64,000 nt of DNA from an uncultured Desulfosarcina sp. GTDB lineage: Bacteria; Desulfobacterota; Desulfobacteria; Desulfobacterales; Desulfosarcinaceae. The notes beneath the pieces are model-generated. The model was not told the DNA's origin. It was given only the letters and a program-made list of their open reading frames with translations, and did no database searches. Positions within the stretch are counted from its first letter, which is position 1. Every line of letters begins with the position of its first letter. The stretch spans positions 736,001-800,000 of the forward strand of contig CAXXWQ010000003.1 of NCBI GenBank assembly GCA_963674945.2, written 5' to 3'. A program made the position numbers and the translations under genes. Below are positions 30,200-41,103 of this stretch, in pieces.

Positions 30200-31666
30200 T
30201 TAGTTGTCCACCCGGTAGTTGGGTGCCTCTTTGGTGATAATCACGTCATGCACATGGCTTTCACGCATTCCTGCCGCGCTGATCCTCACAAAACGTGCAC
30301 TTTTGCGGAGTTCCTCGATGGTGCGGACACCCACATACCCCATGCCTGCCTTCAGCCCGCCCACCAACTGGAGAATATTGGCGGACAGGGTTCCCCGGTA
30401 GGGAACACGGCCGACGATGCCTTCGGGGACCAATTTTTCGTCGGACTCCATTTCGGTCTGGTAGTATCGATCCTTGCTCCCCTTTTTCATGGCCTCCAGG
30501 GATCCCATGCCCCGGTAAACCTTGTAACTTCGTCCCTGGAACAAGATGGTCTCCCCCGGGCTCTCTTCGGTACCGGCGAAAAGCCCCCCGATCATGATTG
30601 TGTGGGCACCGGCACCGATAGCCTTGGTGATATCGCCCGAAAATTTGATACCACCATCCGCGACCAGCGGCACCCCGGTCTTTTCCGATACCTCCCGACA
30701 ATTCATGATGGCGGAGATCTGTGGGACCCCGATACCGGCCACAATCCGGGTGGTACAGATGGATCCCGGCCCGATGCCGATTTTCACGGCGTCCACTCCG
30801 GCATCCACGAGGGCCTGGGCGCCTTCGCCGGTCCCAACATTACCGGCGATGAGTTGAAGGTCCGGAAAGCTATCCTTCAGGTTTTTCACCGCGCGAATGA
30901 CGTTACCCGAATGACCGTGAGAGGTGTCGATAACGATCACATCAACGCCGGCCTTGGTCAGCGCTTCGGCCCGGGACATCATGTCTTGACCTACCCCAAC
31001 GGCTGCGCCGACCCGCAGTCGTCCCATGCCGTCCTTACAGGCATTGGGGTACTTTTTAATCTTTTCGATGTCCTTGATGGTGATCATTCCGGTCAACCGG
31101 GCGTTTTTATCCACCACGAGCAATTTTTCGATACGATGTTCGTGGAGCAGTTTTTTGGAATCTTCAAGACTGATGCCCTCGCTGACGGTCACCAGATTTT
31201 CGCTGGTCATCACGTCACTGACCCGTTTGGTCATGTCCGTCTCGAAGCGCAAATCCCGGTTGGTAACGATGCCGACGAGTTGATCACCACGAATTACCGG
31301 AACGCCCGAGATGCGGTAACGGGCCATCAGGGCCATCACCTCTTCGATGGGCCGATCCGGAGCGATGGTAACCGGATCCACAATCATCCCGGATTCCGAT
31401 TTCTTCACCTGGTCCACCTCCATGGCCTGGCTCTCGATGCTCATGTTTCGATGGATGAAACCGATCCCCCCCTCCCGGGCCATGGTGATCGCGGTTTGCG
31501 CTTCGGTCACCGTATCCATCGCCGCACTGACAATGGGGATGTTCAAGGTCAGATCACGGGTCAACCGAGTGCGGGTATCGACATCTTTGGGCAAGATATC
31601 AGAATAACAAGGTGTCAACAATACGTCATCAAAGGAATATGCCTCCTCTGCGATGCGGTTACTCAT
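30200..31666 (-). CDS. guaB: IMP dehydrogenase
   Basis: [13 protein letters not shown] pair, [17 protein letters not shown]. Confidence 0.97.
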   Translation of the reverse strand: MSNRIAEEAYSFDDVLLTPCYSDILPKDVDTRTRLTRDLTLNIPIVSAAMDTVTEAQTAITMAREGGIGFIHRNMSIESQAMEVDQVKKSESGMIVDPVTIAPDRPIEEVMALMARYRISGVPVIRGDQLVGIVTNRDLRFETDMTKRVSDVMTSENLVTVSEGISLEDSKKLLHEHRIEKLLVVDKNARLTGMITIKDIEKIKKYPNACKDGMGRLRVGAAVGVGQDMMSRAEALTKAGVDVIVIDTSHGHSGNVIRAVKNLKDSFPDLQLIAGNVGTGEGAQALVDAGVDAVKIGIGPGSICTTRIVAGIGVPQISAIMNCREVSEKTGVPLVADGGIKFSGDITKAIGAGAHTIMIGGLFAGTEESPGETILFQGRSYKVYRGMGSLEAMKKGSKDRYYQTEMESDEKLVPEGIVGRVPYRGTLSANILQLVGGLKAGMGYVGVRTIEELRKSARFVRISAAGMRESHVHDVIITKEAPNYRVDN

Positions 31667-32005
31667 GGGTTCCTCCGTATGTAGAAGATGGTCGATCGAT
31701 TTGGCGATGATGAAAATTATGGGTGGTACTGCTTATGCTGTCGCGCGATTTTTTACGGTGAATCGGCCCATTGCTCCTGGCGGGACGCGATCCGATCGGC
31801 GACAAGCGGGGTCGATGAAGATCTTGGATTCCCGCCGAAACGAATATCGGTTTCAAAATTATTAAACTGTAAAATTAACAAATACAATCGTCTTTATCAA
31901 TCCCTATTTGTTGTCTTGACACCTTCGACCCACCGTAATAATTATGCAACTTTCTATTCTCATCGGGACATTTTACCCGTCAAGAAACAGGAGCCCGACC
32001 ACCCC

Positions 32006-32611
32006 ATGCTGCTCACCATCAATCCCGACAACCCCCAACAGCGGATGATCGACCGGGTGGCGAATATATTGAAGAGCGGTGGCCTGATCGCCTATCCCAC
32101 CGACACCATTTACGGCATCGGATGCGATATCATGAACAAGCGTGCCATCGAACGCATCTATCAATTAAAACAGCGAAGCAAAAAACAGCCGTTCAGTTTC
32201 ATTTGTGCAGATCTGAAAAACATCAGCCAATACGCCAAAGTCTCCAACTATGCCTATAAAACCATGAAGCGTCTGCTGCCGGGTCCCTACACCTTCATTC
32301 TCACCGGATCCAAACTGGTCCCAAAGATCATGCTTACCAAGCGCAAGACCGCCGGTATTCGGGTCCCGGACAACAATATTTGCCTGGCCCTGGTGCAGGC
32401 TTTGGGAAACCCCATTATCTCTACGAGTGCCACGATGCCCGATGGAGAGATGATTCACGAACCGTTTTTAATCGATGAACATTTCGGATCCAGGTTGGAT
32501 GTGGTAATCGATGGCGGGCAGGTTTCAGGAATGCCATCCAGCGTGGTTTCACTGGAGGATGACATTCCGGAAATCATACGCGAGGGACTCGGAGACGTCA
32601 GTACACTATAA
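32006..32611 (+). CDS. Sua5/YrdC/YciO family protein (threonylcarbamoyl-AMP synthase family, YciO-like)
   Basis: INPDNPQQR, YPTDTIYGIGC, LPGPYTFIL, GIRVPD, ISTSA; SD AGGAG. Confidence 0.88.
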   Translation: MLLTINPDNPQQRMIDRVANILKSGGLIAYPTDTIYGIGCDIMNKRAIERIYQLKQRSKKQPFSFICADLKNISQYAKVSNYAYKTMKRLLPGPYTFILTGSKLVPKIMLTKRKTAGIRVPDNNICLALVQALGNPIISTSATMPDGEMIHEPFLIDEHFGSRLDVVIDGGQVSGMPSSVVSLEDDIPEIIREGLGDVSTL

Positions 32612-32618
32612 AATTGGG

Positions 32619-33515
32619 TTAGGATCCGTCGGGAAGATAGCGGAACTGAGCAGTCACGCCGGGATGGAGTACACGCGAAACCAGATTGGAGAGGGAAGAA
32701 GAGAGGAGATAACGCAGCATCGAAAGTTTTTCATCCCTGGCGTAGATCGGAACCACCCTGCCTTCGATGCCGCCCAGTTCACCTGCCCATGCCAGCGCAT
32801 CTTCGAAGTTCCCCAACCGATCCACCAGTCCCTTGGCTTTCGCCTCTTCGCCGGTGAAAATCCTTCCATCGGCCGCACTCGCCACCTTCTCTCGATCCAT
32901 GTTCCTGCCTTCGGCAATGGCCGAGACGAATTGTTCATGGATGCCGCTGGTGATGGATTGCAGGATTTTTCTTTCGTCGTCTTGCATTTCTCGTGTCGGG
33001 GACCCGGTATCTTTGTAAGGGCCGCTTTTGATCACGACAGGAACCATACCGATTTTGTCCAGCAGTTTTCTGAAATTGGTGTAGCCCATGATTACACCGA
33101 TACTGCCGGTAATGGTGCCTGGGTTGGCTACGATGCCATCGGCCGCGCAGGCGACATAGTATCCACCCGATGCGGCAATCGCACCCATGGATGCGATCAC
33201 CTTTTTCGAACCGACGGTCTTTCGGATCTCCCGGTAAATCTCCTGGGATGGGCCCACTGCGCCTCCCGGAGAATCGATGCGAATGACGATGGCTTTGATA
33301 TCCTCGTCTTCCCGAAACCGACGGATGTGCTCGAGAACGATACGGGCATCGGAAATGGCACCTTCGATTTCCACCACACCGACCCCCACGCCACCCGGAT
33401 CGACGGAAGATCTACCCATCCATGCCCCGAGGATCATCACCCCTAATACCAAGCCACCAAAAATCGCAAAGGAGGAGAGAAGGAAGAAAAGATAGGGGTG
33501 ACGCCTTGAAAACAT
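32619..33515 (-). CDS. sppA: signal peptide peptidase SppA (36K type)
   Basis: IDSPGG, AASGGYY, TGSIGV, GPYKD, ADGRIFTG. Confidence 0.93.
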   Translation of the reverse strand: MFSRRHPYLFFLLSSFAIFGGLVLGVMILGAWMGRSSVDPGGVGVGVVEIEGAISDARIVLEHIRRFREDEDIKAIVIRIDSPGGAVGPSQEIYREIRKTVGSKKVIASMGAIAASGGYYVACAADGIVANPGTITGSIGVIMGYTNFRKLLDKIGMVPVVIKSGPYKDTGSPTREMQDDERKILQSITSGIHEQFVSAIAEGRNMDREKVASAADGRIFTGEEAKAKGLVDRLGNFEDALAWAGELGGIEGRVVPIYARDEKLSMLRYLLSSSLSNLVSRVLHPGVTAQFRYLPDGS

Positions 33516-33635
33516 GACAATCTCCCGAATGTTGTTTTCTGATGATTTCGAAAAAACGGGATTCGGCCGTTGCTGATAAGAAAAAGAGTACCCACACGAA
33601 TCGGACGAAAAAATCGAAATTGGATAAATGACGAA

Positions 33636-33681
33636 CGATCAATGCCGGTATGGTGAAGTTTCAATCCACCGGCATTGATCG
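33636..33681 (-). terminator. strong hairpin after rpsA (terminator or mRNA stabiliser)
   Basis: perfect 14-bp inverted repeat cgatcaatgccggt / accggcattgatcg; weak U-tract. Confidence 0.5.
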
Positions 33682-33697
33682 CAATCTAAGGAAAGAG

Positions 33698-35437
33698 CTA
33701 TTCGTCGTTGTTGAGCTTCTCTTGCAGATTCTCGCGCAGGATTTCTCCGAAGCTGGACGTAGCCGGCCCCATGTTGTTAACGTATTCGGACAGAAGTTCC
33801 TGATCGTCTTCCATGTCCAGCCGCTTGATGGAAAGACCAATGCGCCGCTCGTCACTGTTGATGTTCATCACCTTGGCGGTCAGCACCTGCCCCATTTCAA
33901 ACTGGCCTACCGGTGTCTTGATTTTCTCTTTGCTGATCTCCGAGACATGTACCAAGCCTTCGATGCCCTCTTCCAGTTCAACGAAAACACCGAAGTCGGT
34001 TACATTGGTGACGGTCCCGGTGATCTCCTTGCCCACTTCGTAGCGCTCCGCCACGGTGTCCCATGGATCGGACTGCAGTTGCTTGATTCCCAGGGAAAAA
34101 CGTTCTTGTTCCTTGTCGATCTCCAAAACGATGGCCTGGACCACGTCCCCCTTCTTGTATACCTCGGAAGGATGTTTGATTCGTTTCGTCCATGAAATAT
34201 CGGAGATGTGAACCAAACCGTCGATCCCCTCGTCAATTCCGATGAAAAGGCCGAAATCCGTGATATTCTTGATCTTGCCTTCGATGGTGGTGCCAACGGG
34301 GTATTTGTCGCTGATCACGTCCCAGGGGTTGGGCGCGGCTTGCTTCATGCCCAGGGAAATTCGCCGGTTTTCCGGTTTGATGTCCAATACCACGGCATCG
34401 ACGATCTCGCCCACGGAGACCACTTTGGAGGGATGACGGACTTTTCGCGTCCATGACATTTCCGAGACATGAATCAGTCCTTCGATTCCTTCTTCCAGTT
34501 CGACGAAGGCACCATAATCGGTCAGACTGACAACCTTTCCGCTGATCCGGGAACCGATGGGATACTTTTCACTGGCACTTGCCCACGGATCTTCCGTAAG
34601 CTGCTTCATTCCTAACGAGACACGTTCTCGTTCCAAATCCAGACTCAAGATCTTTACGTCGATCTCGTCGCCGACGGCAAACAACTCAGAGGGGTGCTTG
34701 ACCCGGCCCCATGAAATATCGGTAATATGCAAAAGACCGTCCACGCCTCCCAGGTCCACGAAAACGCCGTACTCGGTGAGGTTCTTGACGATACCGGGTA
34801 CCACTTTTCCCTCGTGGATGGTTGCAAGGGTCTTTGTCCGTTTCTCCTCACGCTCCTCTTCCAGCAGTACACGCCGGGAAAGAACGATATTGCTTCGTTT
34901 GCGGTTGTACTTCAGAATTTTGAAATCAAACTCCTTGCCGACCATTTCGTCCAGATTGCGAATGGGACGCAGGTCCGCCTGGGACCCGGGCAAGAATGCC
35001 TGAACGCCGATATCCACGGAAAAGCCACCCTTGACGCGATTGGTGATCATTCCCGTGATGGTTTCGTCGGCTTCATGACGCTTCTTGATGTCATCCCAGA
35101 CCTTGACCTTTTCGGCCTTCTCCTTGGACAGGACCACCACTTCGTTCTCGTCATCCCACCATTCCACCATCACTTCCACGGTGTCACCCACCTTCGCGGT
35201 GACCTCCCCATCCACTTCGAATTCACGGATACGAATCTGGCCTTCCGATTTGTATCCGATATCCACTAGGACATGCTCTTTGTCCACGGAGATGATTTTT
35301 CCGTTGACGACTTCCCCTTCTGCGAAGCGTTTGAAACTCTCTTCGTACAAGTCCATGAGTTCCGCCATGCTTTCGCCGGTGACGCTGTCTTTCTCGATTG
35401 GTTCTTCTGATGTTTCGTTGTCTGCAAAGTTGTCCAT
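33698..35437 (-). CDS. rpsA: 30S ribosomal protein S1
   Basis: six S1 repeats (DIGYKSEG, FLPGSQ, DGLLHITD, EGLIHVSE..); follows cmk. Confidence 0.97.
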   Translation of the reverse strand: MDNFADNETSEEPIEKDSVTGESMAELMDLYEESFKRFAEGEVVNGKIISVDKEHVLVDIGYKSEGQIRIREFEVDGEVTAKVGDTVEVMVEWWDDENEVVVLSKEKAEKVKVWDDIKKRHEADETITGMITNRVKGGFSVDIGVQAFLPGSQADLRPIRNLDEMVGKEFDFKILKYNRKRSNIVLSRRVLLEEEREEKRTKTLATIHEGKVVPGIVKNLTEYGVFVDLGGVDGLLHITDISWGRVKHPSELFAVGDEIDVKILSLDLERERVSLGMKQLTEDPWASASEKYPIGSRISGKVVSLTDYGAFVELEEGIEGLIHVSEMSWTRKVRHPSKVVSVGEIVDAVVLDIKPENRRISLGMKQAAPNPWDVISDKYPVGTTIEGKIKNITDFGLFIGIDEGIDGLVHISDISWTKRIKHPSEVYKKGDVVQAIVLEIDKEQERFSLGIKQLQSDPWDTVAERYEVGKEITGTVTNVTDFGVFVELEEGIEGLVHVSEISKEKIKTPVGQFEMGQVLTAKVMNINSDERRIGLSIKRLDMEDDQELLSEYVNNMGPATSSFGEILRENLQEKLNNDE

Positions 35438-35540
35438 TGACCGATGATTACCCCCTTAGCCTCATTTATTTTGCTGCAAATACATATGTATCCAGCATAG
35501 CCTAAAAGCTATACAGAAATTTATTTACAAATGCAATGGT

Positions 35541-36200
35541 TTATTTCTCCAAGGCACCAATCACATCCAGCATGCGGTCGACCACTTGTCGGGCCGTGAT
35601 TGTTGTTGAGTCGATGGTTAGCGCGTCTTCTGCGGCGCGAAGCGGGGCGATGTCCCGGCTGCTGTCGTCGTCATCCCGCCGGCGGATATCGGCCTCGATC
35701 TGTTCGAGGGTTTGCGCCCCCGCCTTGCCATATTGTTCGAAACGCCGTAGTGCGCGTTGCGTAACCGAGGCGTTGAGGAAGAATTTAACATCCGCCAAGG
35801 GGAAGACAACCGTTCCCATGTCACGTCCCTCGGCAACCAGCGCCTTTTGTTTTCCCAGATCGCGTTGTATTCCCAAAAGCGCCTGCCTGACGACCGGACG
35901 GGCGGAGACCGCCGAAGCCATCATGGTGATCTCCGGCGAACGGATTTGATCGGTGATGTCCACGCCTCCTGCGATCATTCGGTCTTGGGACATGTCAAGT
36001 TCCAGAGCGTCGCAAAGAATTTTCAGGCCAAGATCGTCATCCGGTGAAACGTTGTCGGCCCGGGCGGACCATGCCACGGCACGGTACAAGGCACCGGTAT
36101 CCAGATACCGATACCCCAGGTGTCGGGCAAGCATCTTGCTGACCGTCGTTTTTCCTGCACCGGCGGGCCCGTCGATGGTGATCAGGTATTTTTTTTTCAA
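35541..36200 (-). CDS. cmk: cytidylate kinase
   Basis: IDGPAGAGKTT, DTGALYR, EGRDMGTVVFP. Confidence 0.96.
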   Translation of the reverse strand: MKKKYLITIDGPAGAGKTTVSKMLARHLGYRYLDTGALYRAVAWSARADNVSPDDDLGLKILCDALELDMSQDRMIAGGVDITDQIRSPEITMMASAVSARPVVRQALLGIQRDLGKQKALVAEGRDMGTVVFPLADVKFFLNASVTQRALRRFEQYGKAGAQTLEQIEADIRRRDDDDSSRDIAPLRAAEDALTIDSTTITARQVVDRMLDVIGALEK

Positions 36201-36209
36201 GGCGATCTC

Positions 36210-37301
36210 CTATTGGGATAGCACGGTGGAAAGCGCATCGATAAAACGCCGATTCTCCGATTCACGCCCTACGTTGATGCGAATATAGTTCGGGTAACCA
36301 TAGGAACGCATGGATCGGATGATCACACCTTCGTGCAGCATCCTTTCGAATACCGCGTCGGCAGGCCGATTCACATCAATGAGAAAAAAATTGGTCTCGG
36401 TGGGGAAATAGGTGAGCCCCATGCGATCCAACGCAGCGTAGAGCATGTCCAGCCCACGATGCACCAGGTCTACCGTCTCTTCCAAAAACGTCCGGTCATC
36501 CAGTGCCGCAACCGCAGCCGCCTGGGCGATACTGTTTACGTTAAAGGGCTGCCGAACCCTGTTGAGCACCTCGGCCAACGCTGCCGGCATGATACCATAC
36601 CCCACGCGCAGCCCTGCAAGACCGTATACTTTGGAAAAGGTACGCAACGTCACAAGGGGTCTGTCCAGATCCGACGGCCTTCCGGATTTCAAACAATCCG
36701 ATCGCCTGGCAAATTCGATATAGGCCTCGTCCACCACCACCACCACATGGTCGGGCAACCGATCCACGAATCTGTCGAATTCGTTCTGGGTGACCACCGT
36801 TCCCGTCGGGTTGTTGGGGTTGCAAACGAAAATCAACCGGGTCCGTCCTTCCACCCGATCGGCCATGGCGTCTAAGTCCATGACCATCTCTTTCAATGGA
36901 ACGGTGTCGACCACAGCACCGGCAGCCCTTGCACAGATATCGTACATGAGAAAAGAGGGAGACGGCACAACGACCCGATCCCCGGGCGTAACCAGGGCGC
37001 GCACCAGGATCGCGATGATGTCGTCCGAACCGTTCCCCATGACGATATTGGCCGGGGCGACACCATTGGCATCGGCGATTTTCCGGATCAGCCGATGGCC
37101 GGCGCCATCGGGGTATCGATGAAGCGTATCAACCGATTGCAAAATGGCCTCAATCGCCATTGGAGAAGGTCCTAAGGGATTTTCATTGGACGCCAGCTTG
37201 ATGGAATCCCGGATGCCGTATTCGCGCTCCAGTTCCTCAATGGGTTTTCCGGGGACGTATGGATCGATGGACCGGATATATTCGGGTATGGAAAGCTTCA
37301 T
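36210..37301 (-). CDS. hisC: histidinol-phosphate aminotransferase
   Basis: YVPGKP, KLASNENPLG, CNPNNPTG, DEAY, RTFSKVYGLAGLRVG. Confidence 0.93.
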   Translation of the reverse strand: MKLSIPEYIRSIDPYVPGKPIEELEREYGIRDSIKLASNENPLGPSPMAIEAILQSVDTLHRYPDGAGHRLIRKIADANGVAPANIVMGNGSDDIIAILVRALVTPGDRVVVPSPSFLMYDICARAAGAVVDTVPLKEMVMDLDAMADRVEGRTRLIFVCNPNNPTGTVVTQNEFDRFVDRLPDHVVVVVDEAYIEFARRSDCLKSGRPSDLDRPLVTLRTFSKVYGLAGLRVGYGIMPAALAEVLNRVRQPFNVNSIAQAAAVAALDDRTFLEETVDLVHRGLDMLYAALDRMGLTYFPTETNFFLIDVNRPADAVFERMLHEGVIIRSMRSYGYPNYIRINVGRESENRRFIDALSTVLSQ

Positions 37302-37324
37302 GTTCAACCACCAGAATTACAATT

Positions 37325-37385
37325 GACGGATTCGTAAAAAATCCGATATCGGTGTTACGCTTCATCCTTCGTCACTGCGGCGTAC
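37325..37385. repeat. half copy (inverted) of the subfamily C element
   Basis: gacggattcgtaaaaaatccgatatcggtgttacgcttcatccttcgtcactgcggcgtac matches the reverse complement of the right arm of 47984-48107. Confidence 0.85.
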
Positions 37386-37406
37386 GATAACCGCGAGAAG
37401 AATTAT

Positions 37407-37943
37407 TTAGGGGCGACCAGCCTCTTCCCCGGCTTCCACCGCTTTCATGTTCAAAGGAATCAGTTTGGGCTTTTTGCTGAATTCTTCTTCGATGCATTTT
37501 TTAAGAGTGTCCATGGGAACGATACCGCTGCGTGCGATGAATGCGGAAAGGGCGACGATATTGGCCGCCTTGACACTGCCCAGCTTATTTGCAATATCGA
37601 TTACCGGCACCCGAAGTTCGTCCACATCATCCCGATTGGCGCCGAAGGAGATCAGAGAGCTGTTGACAAAAATGACACCACCCTTTTTCACGGTTGGGGC
37701 AAACTTCTCCAGAGAGGGACCGTTCATGGCCACCAGATGTCTGGGATTCTTGATGATGGGCGAACCAATGGGGCGGTCAGCGATGACGACCGTGCAATAG
37801 GCCGTCCCCCCCCGCATCTCCGGTCCGTAGGACGGGACCCAGACCACCTCATACCCCTCTTCCATGGCAGCATGAGCCAGGATTTTCCCCATCAATAAGA
37901 TCCCCTGACCACCGAACCCGGCAAACATGACTTCACTCTGCAT
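37407..37943 (-). CDS. 2-oxoacid:ferredoxin oxidoreductase gamma subunit
   Basis: AGFGGQG, PSYGPEMRGG; SD GGGAGG. Confidence 0.92.
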   Translation of the reverse strand: MQSEVMFAGFGGQGILLMGKILAHAAMEEGYEVVWVPSYGPEMRGGTAYCTVVIADRPIGSPIIKNPRHLVAMNGPSLEKFAPTVKKGGVIFVNSSLISFGANRDDVDELRVPVIDIANKLGSVKAANIVALSAFIARSGIVPMDTLKKCIEEEFSKKPKLIPLNMKAVEAGEEAGRP

Positions 37944-37983
37944 TCTTCTGACTCCTCCCGTTGTTTTCGACATGCTTTAGGGG

Positions 37984-38718
37984 TTAAGGGACCTTATAGT
38001 CGCCCGGTTGGTAGTAAGCCAAAAGGGTCTTTTCCGTCCATTCCACTGCCTGCACCGGTGTCATGCCCCAGTTGGTGGGACAGGTGCTCACCACCTCCAC
38101 GAAGCTAAAGCACTTGTTTTCCAATTGGTAGGTAAATGCCTGTTTTATCGCTTTTTTGGCCTTGTTGATGTATTTTGGCTTTATGACGGTTTGCCGGGTG
38201 ACATAGGCCGGCGTCTGCAAGGCGGCGATGAGTTCGGCGACCTTGATGGGCATTCCCACCTCCTGCACATCGCGCCCCATCGGTGACGTGGTGGTTCGCT
38301 GGCCCGGCATGGTGGTGGGCGCCATTTGTCCGCCGGTCATGCCGTATACGGCATTGTTTACAAAGATGGTCGTGAATTTTTCTCCCCGGTTCGCCGCATG
38401 GATGATCTCGCCCATGCCGATGCTGGCCAGATCACCGTCTCCTTGATACGTGAAAACAATCAGGTCGGGACGTACACGCTTGATACCCGTTGCCATGGCC
38501 GGTGCACGTCCATGGGCCGCCTCCTGAAAGTCACAGTCGATGTAATTATAGGCCATTACGGCGCAGCCGACAGGGGAAATCCCCACCGTCCGGCCTTGAA
38601 TTCCCAGTTCATCGATGGTCTCGGCCACGAGGCGATGGATCACACCGTGGGTGCAACCCGGACAATAGTGGGTGTGGGCATCGGAAAGGGATACTGGTTT
38701 TGAAAATGTCTTTCCCAT
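37984..38718 (-). CDS. 2-oxoacid:ferredoxin oxidoreductase beta (TPP-binding) subunit
   Basis: YCPGCTHG, HGRA, QGDGDL, NNAVYGMTGGQ, CPTNW. Confidence 0.92.
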   Translation of the reverse strand: MGKTFSKPVSLSDAHTHYCPGCTHGVIHRLVAETIDELGIQGRTVGISPVGCAVMAYNYIDCDFQEAAHGRAPAMATGIKRVRPDLIVFTYQGDGDLASIGMGEIIHAANRGEKFTTIFVNNAVYGMTGGQMAPTTMPGQRTTTSPMGRDVQEVGMPIKVAELIAALQTPAYVTRQTVIKPKYINKAKKAIKQAFTYQLENKCFSFVEVVSTCPTNWGMTPVQAVEWTEKTLLAYYQPGDYKVP

Positions 38719-38767
38719 CTAATTTACTCCCTTGGTTCACTCCTTGGCTTGTTCGTCTCTCACCGCT

Positions 38768-39841
38768 TCATCCGGCCATGCGGGCCTTCACCTCGTCGAT
38801 GACTTCCTCGGGCGTCGGGACTTCTCCACCGCACTTTCCGTACCAGCTGACCGGTCGAGATCCCAGTACGCTGAGCATGACATCTTCCACCATTTGCCCC
38901 ATACTCATCTCCACGCTGAGCACGTGGGAACAAGAGGCCTTGGCCGCCGCTTCACGAACGGCCTTGTCGGGAAAGGGAAACAGGGTCTTGGGACGGACCA
39001 TTCCCACTTCGATCCCCTCTTCCTTAAGCATGTCGATGGCCGTGCGACAGACCCGGCTCATGGTGCCGAAGCTGACAATCAGTACCTTGTAGTCTCCATC
39101 GATGTTGTAGGCTTCGGATTGGACGTCCTCTTGTCTCATCCGATCGTATTTGGCCTTTAGGGCCAGGTTGTTGTCGTTTAAGGCAACGGGATCCAAAAAC
39201 AGGGATTTGACCAGATTCCGTGTCTTGCTTCCCCGATGGTCCATACCATTGGAAGCCCATTCGTCCTTGTTGGTGGGCTCGGTTTTCAGGTGATCGGGAA
39301 ATTCGACCGGTTCCATCATCTGGCCGATGAGGCCGTCACCGAGCACCATCACCGGATTGCGGTATTTTTCCGCCAGCGGAAATGCCCGCATGACCATTTC
39401 CGCGGCTTCCTGCACGCTGGCCGGTGCCATGACAAACATTCGGCAGTCGCCGTGACCGATGCCCTTGGTGGCCTGGAAGTAATCTCCCTGGGAGGGCAGG
39501 ATTCCCCCCAGGCCCGGTCCGCCCCGAACGATATTGACGAATACCGCCGGCAGTTGGGCACCGGCAAGATAGCTGATGGCCTCGCTCATCAGGCTGATTC
39601 CCGGACTGGAGGAGGTTGTAAAGACACGGGCACCGGCACCGGCGGCCCCGAAAAGCATGTATCCTACGGCAACCTCGCTCTCCCCTTGCAGAAAGACACC
39701 TCCCACTTCCGGCATTCGGCGAGCCAGATACTCCGCCACTTCGGATTGCGGAGTGATGGGATAGGCGAAATAATTCAGGCAACCGGCACGGATGGCCGCT
39801 TCACCGATGGCTTCGTTTCCCTTCATCAAGACCTTTGACAT
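38768..39841 (-). CDS. vorB: 2-oxoacid:ferredoxin oxidoreductase alpha subunit (VorB-like, 2-oxoisovalerate type)
   Basis: MKGNEAIGEAA, YPITPQSE, QGESE, TSSSPG, RGGPGLG. Confidence 0.85.
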   Translation of the reverse strand: MSKVLMKGNEAIGEAAIRAGCLNYFAYPITPQSEVAEYLARRMPEVGGVFLQGESEVAVGYMLFGAAGAGARVFTTSSSPGISLMSEAISYLAGAQLPAVFVNIVRGGPGLGGILPSQGDYFQATKGIGHGDCRMFVMAPASVQEAAEMVMRAFPLAEKYRNPVMVLGDGLIGQMMEPVEFPDHLKTEPTNKDEWASNGMDHRGSKTRNLVKSLFLDPVALNDNNLALKAKYDRMRQEDVQSEAYNIDGDYKVLIVSFGTMSRVCRTAIDMLKEEGIEVGMVRPKTLFPFPDKAVREAAAKASCSHVLSVEMSMGQMVEDVMLSVLGSRPVSWYGKCGGEVPTPEEVIDEVKARMAG

Positions 39842-39863
39842 GGGCTCCTCCATAGAACGCGAT

Positions 39864-40088
39864 TCAGGCGTCGGATTCTTCGGTTTCCGTGATGGTGATG
39901 GCCACATCCGGGCACATAATGCAACACATGGTACAATGAATACAGTCCTCCGGACGCGCCTGAAATACGGGGAAATATCCTTTGGCATTCACCTGGGAAG
40001 AAATTTCCAAAACATTTTTCGGACAAACGGTGACGCACAGTCCGCACCCCTTGCACCGATCCTTTTCAATATTGTGCTGATATGCCAT
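39864..40088 (-). CDS. 2x[4Fe-4S] ferredoxin (delta subunit)
   Basis: CKGCGLCVTVCP and CIHCTMCCIMCP; SD AAGGAG. Confidence 0.92.
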   Translation of the reverse strand: MAYQHNIEKDRCKGCGLCVTVCPKNVLEISSQVNAKGYFPVFQARPEDCIHCTMCCIMCPDVAITITETEESDA

Positions 40089-40125
40089 CGATCTGCTCCT
40101 TTTCAGATGGAATGCATCTGTTGAC

Positions 40126-40833
40126 TCAGCATTCATCGGAATCGAGATTTTCCGCCCGAATCCACGGCGGCGTCAGCTGTCGATTCACCGGCAGTATTGG
40201 ACACTGGATAGCCTTTTTATCCAACCGGGTCAACAGGGTCTTGGCCACGGTCACGAACATCAATGGAATGTCTGCCGCATCGGCCACCTTTCGGCAAAAG
40301 GCGTATCCCGAAATGATGTCATGTACGGTCGTCTCTTCCATGAAATTGGCATTGCCGACGATACCGTTGATGGCCATCTTTGCCTTGGCTTCGATCTGCC
40401 GGCGAATCAAAAGACAGCCGTCAACCGTATCGGTGTACGGTCGATAGGGATTGACCACCTGGAGGAGATGAAACGTCTTGCCGGAAAATGCGTCGGCCAA
40501 GGCGGCGAGCACCGTCGCACCCGCGTCGTCTCCGCCGACATCCAACAATGTCAGATCCACCGGTGACCGTATCATACCTGCCACTTTGGGATCGAGAATG
40601 GGCAGATCGGCGTGCATGAACTGCGTCGGTGGCAATACGACGTCGATGCCCAGTCTGCCCAGCGCATGGCGCGCCTGGCGCGTGCGAAAATAGGGATTGA
40701 CCAGATCCAGATCCGCGATGCGAACGCGTCTTCCCTTGGAACGCATATGCGCTGCCAGGTTGACGGCGACCTCGGTCTTCCCGCTGCCATAAGCACCGAC
40801 GAGGATGACGATGCCACCCATATCGAGATCCAT
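40126..40833 (-). CDS. uncharacterised P-loop NTPase (MinD/CobQ-like) leading the oxidoreductase operon
   Basis: GAYGSGKT, DLDLVNPYFR, DVGGDDAGA. Confidence 0.8.
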   Translation of the reverse strand: MDLDMGGIVILVGAYGSGKTEVAVNLAAHMRSKGRRVRIADLDLVNPYFRTRQARHALGRLGIDVVLPPTQFMHADLPILDPKVAGMIRSPVDLTLLDVGGDDAGATVLAALADAFSGKTFHLLQVVNPYRPYTDTVDGCLLIRRQIEAKAKMAINGIVGNANFMEETTVHDIISGYAFCRKVADAADIPLMFVTVAKTLLTRLDKKAIQCPILPVNRQLTPPWIRAENLDSDEC

Positions 40834-41103
40834 CGATAAAAGGTCCTTTGCTTTTGTTCGTTTGCGTCCTGATCGATCGAAGGCCAAATGTGAACGGTAC
40901 CGGTCAGCTTGCAGCGGAGTGTGCCAATGAATGTCGGGATAGCGCGGCCAATACTCGGTCCCATCAAAACGGAAAAACAGACTACATATTTAGAAAATGT
41001 TGTTGTGTCAAGATATTTGCCTACACTTTCGCCTTTCGCCGGTGAAAAGGGTGTGGTACACAGCCTTCATCGGTCCTTTTCCCATCAGGAGAATCTTCAA
41101 CCC

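Noticed and set aside
30059..31684. 541-aa plus-strand ORF
   Set aside because: Antisense shadow of guaB that starts inside repeat element B; no recognisable motifs.
31688..32005. 106-aa N-terminal extension of the Sua5/YciO ORF
   Set aside because: Runs through the AT-rich divergent promoter region; homology and the SD point to ATG 32006.
40907..40927. sigma54-like TGGCAC..TGC upstream of the oxidoreductase operon
   Set aside because: GG-to-GC spacing is 11 nt, not the required 10.
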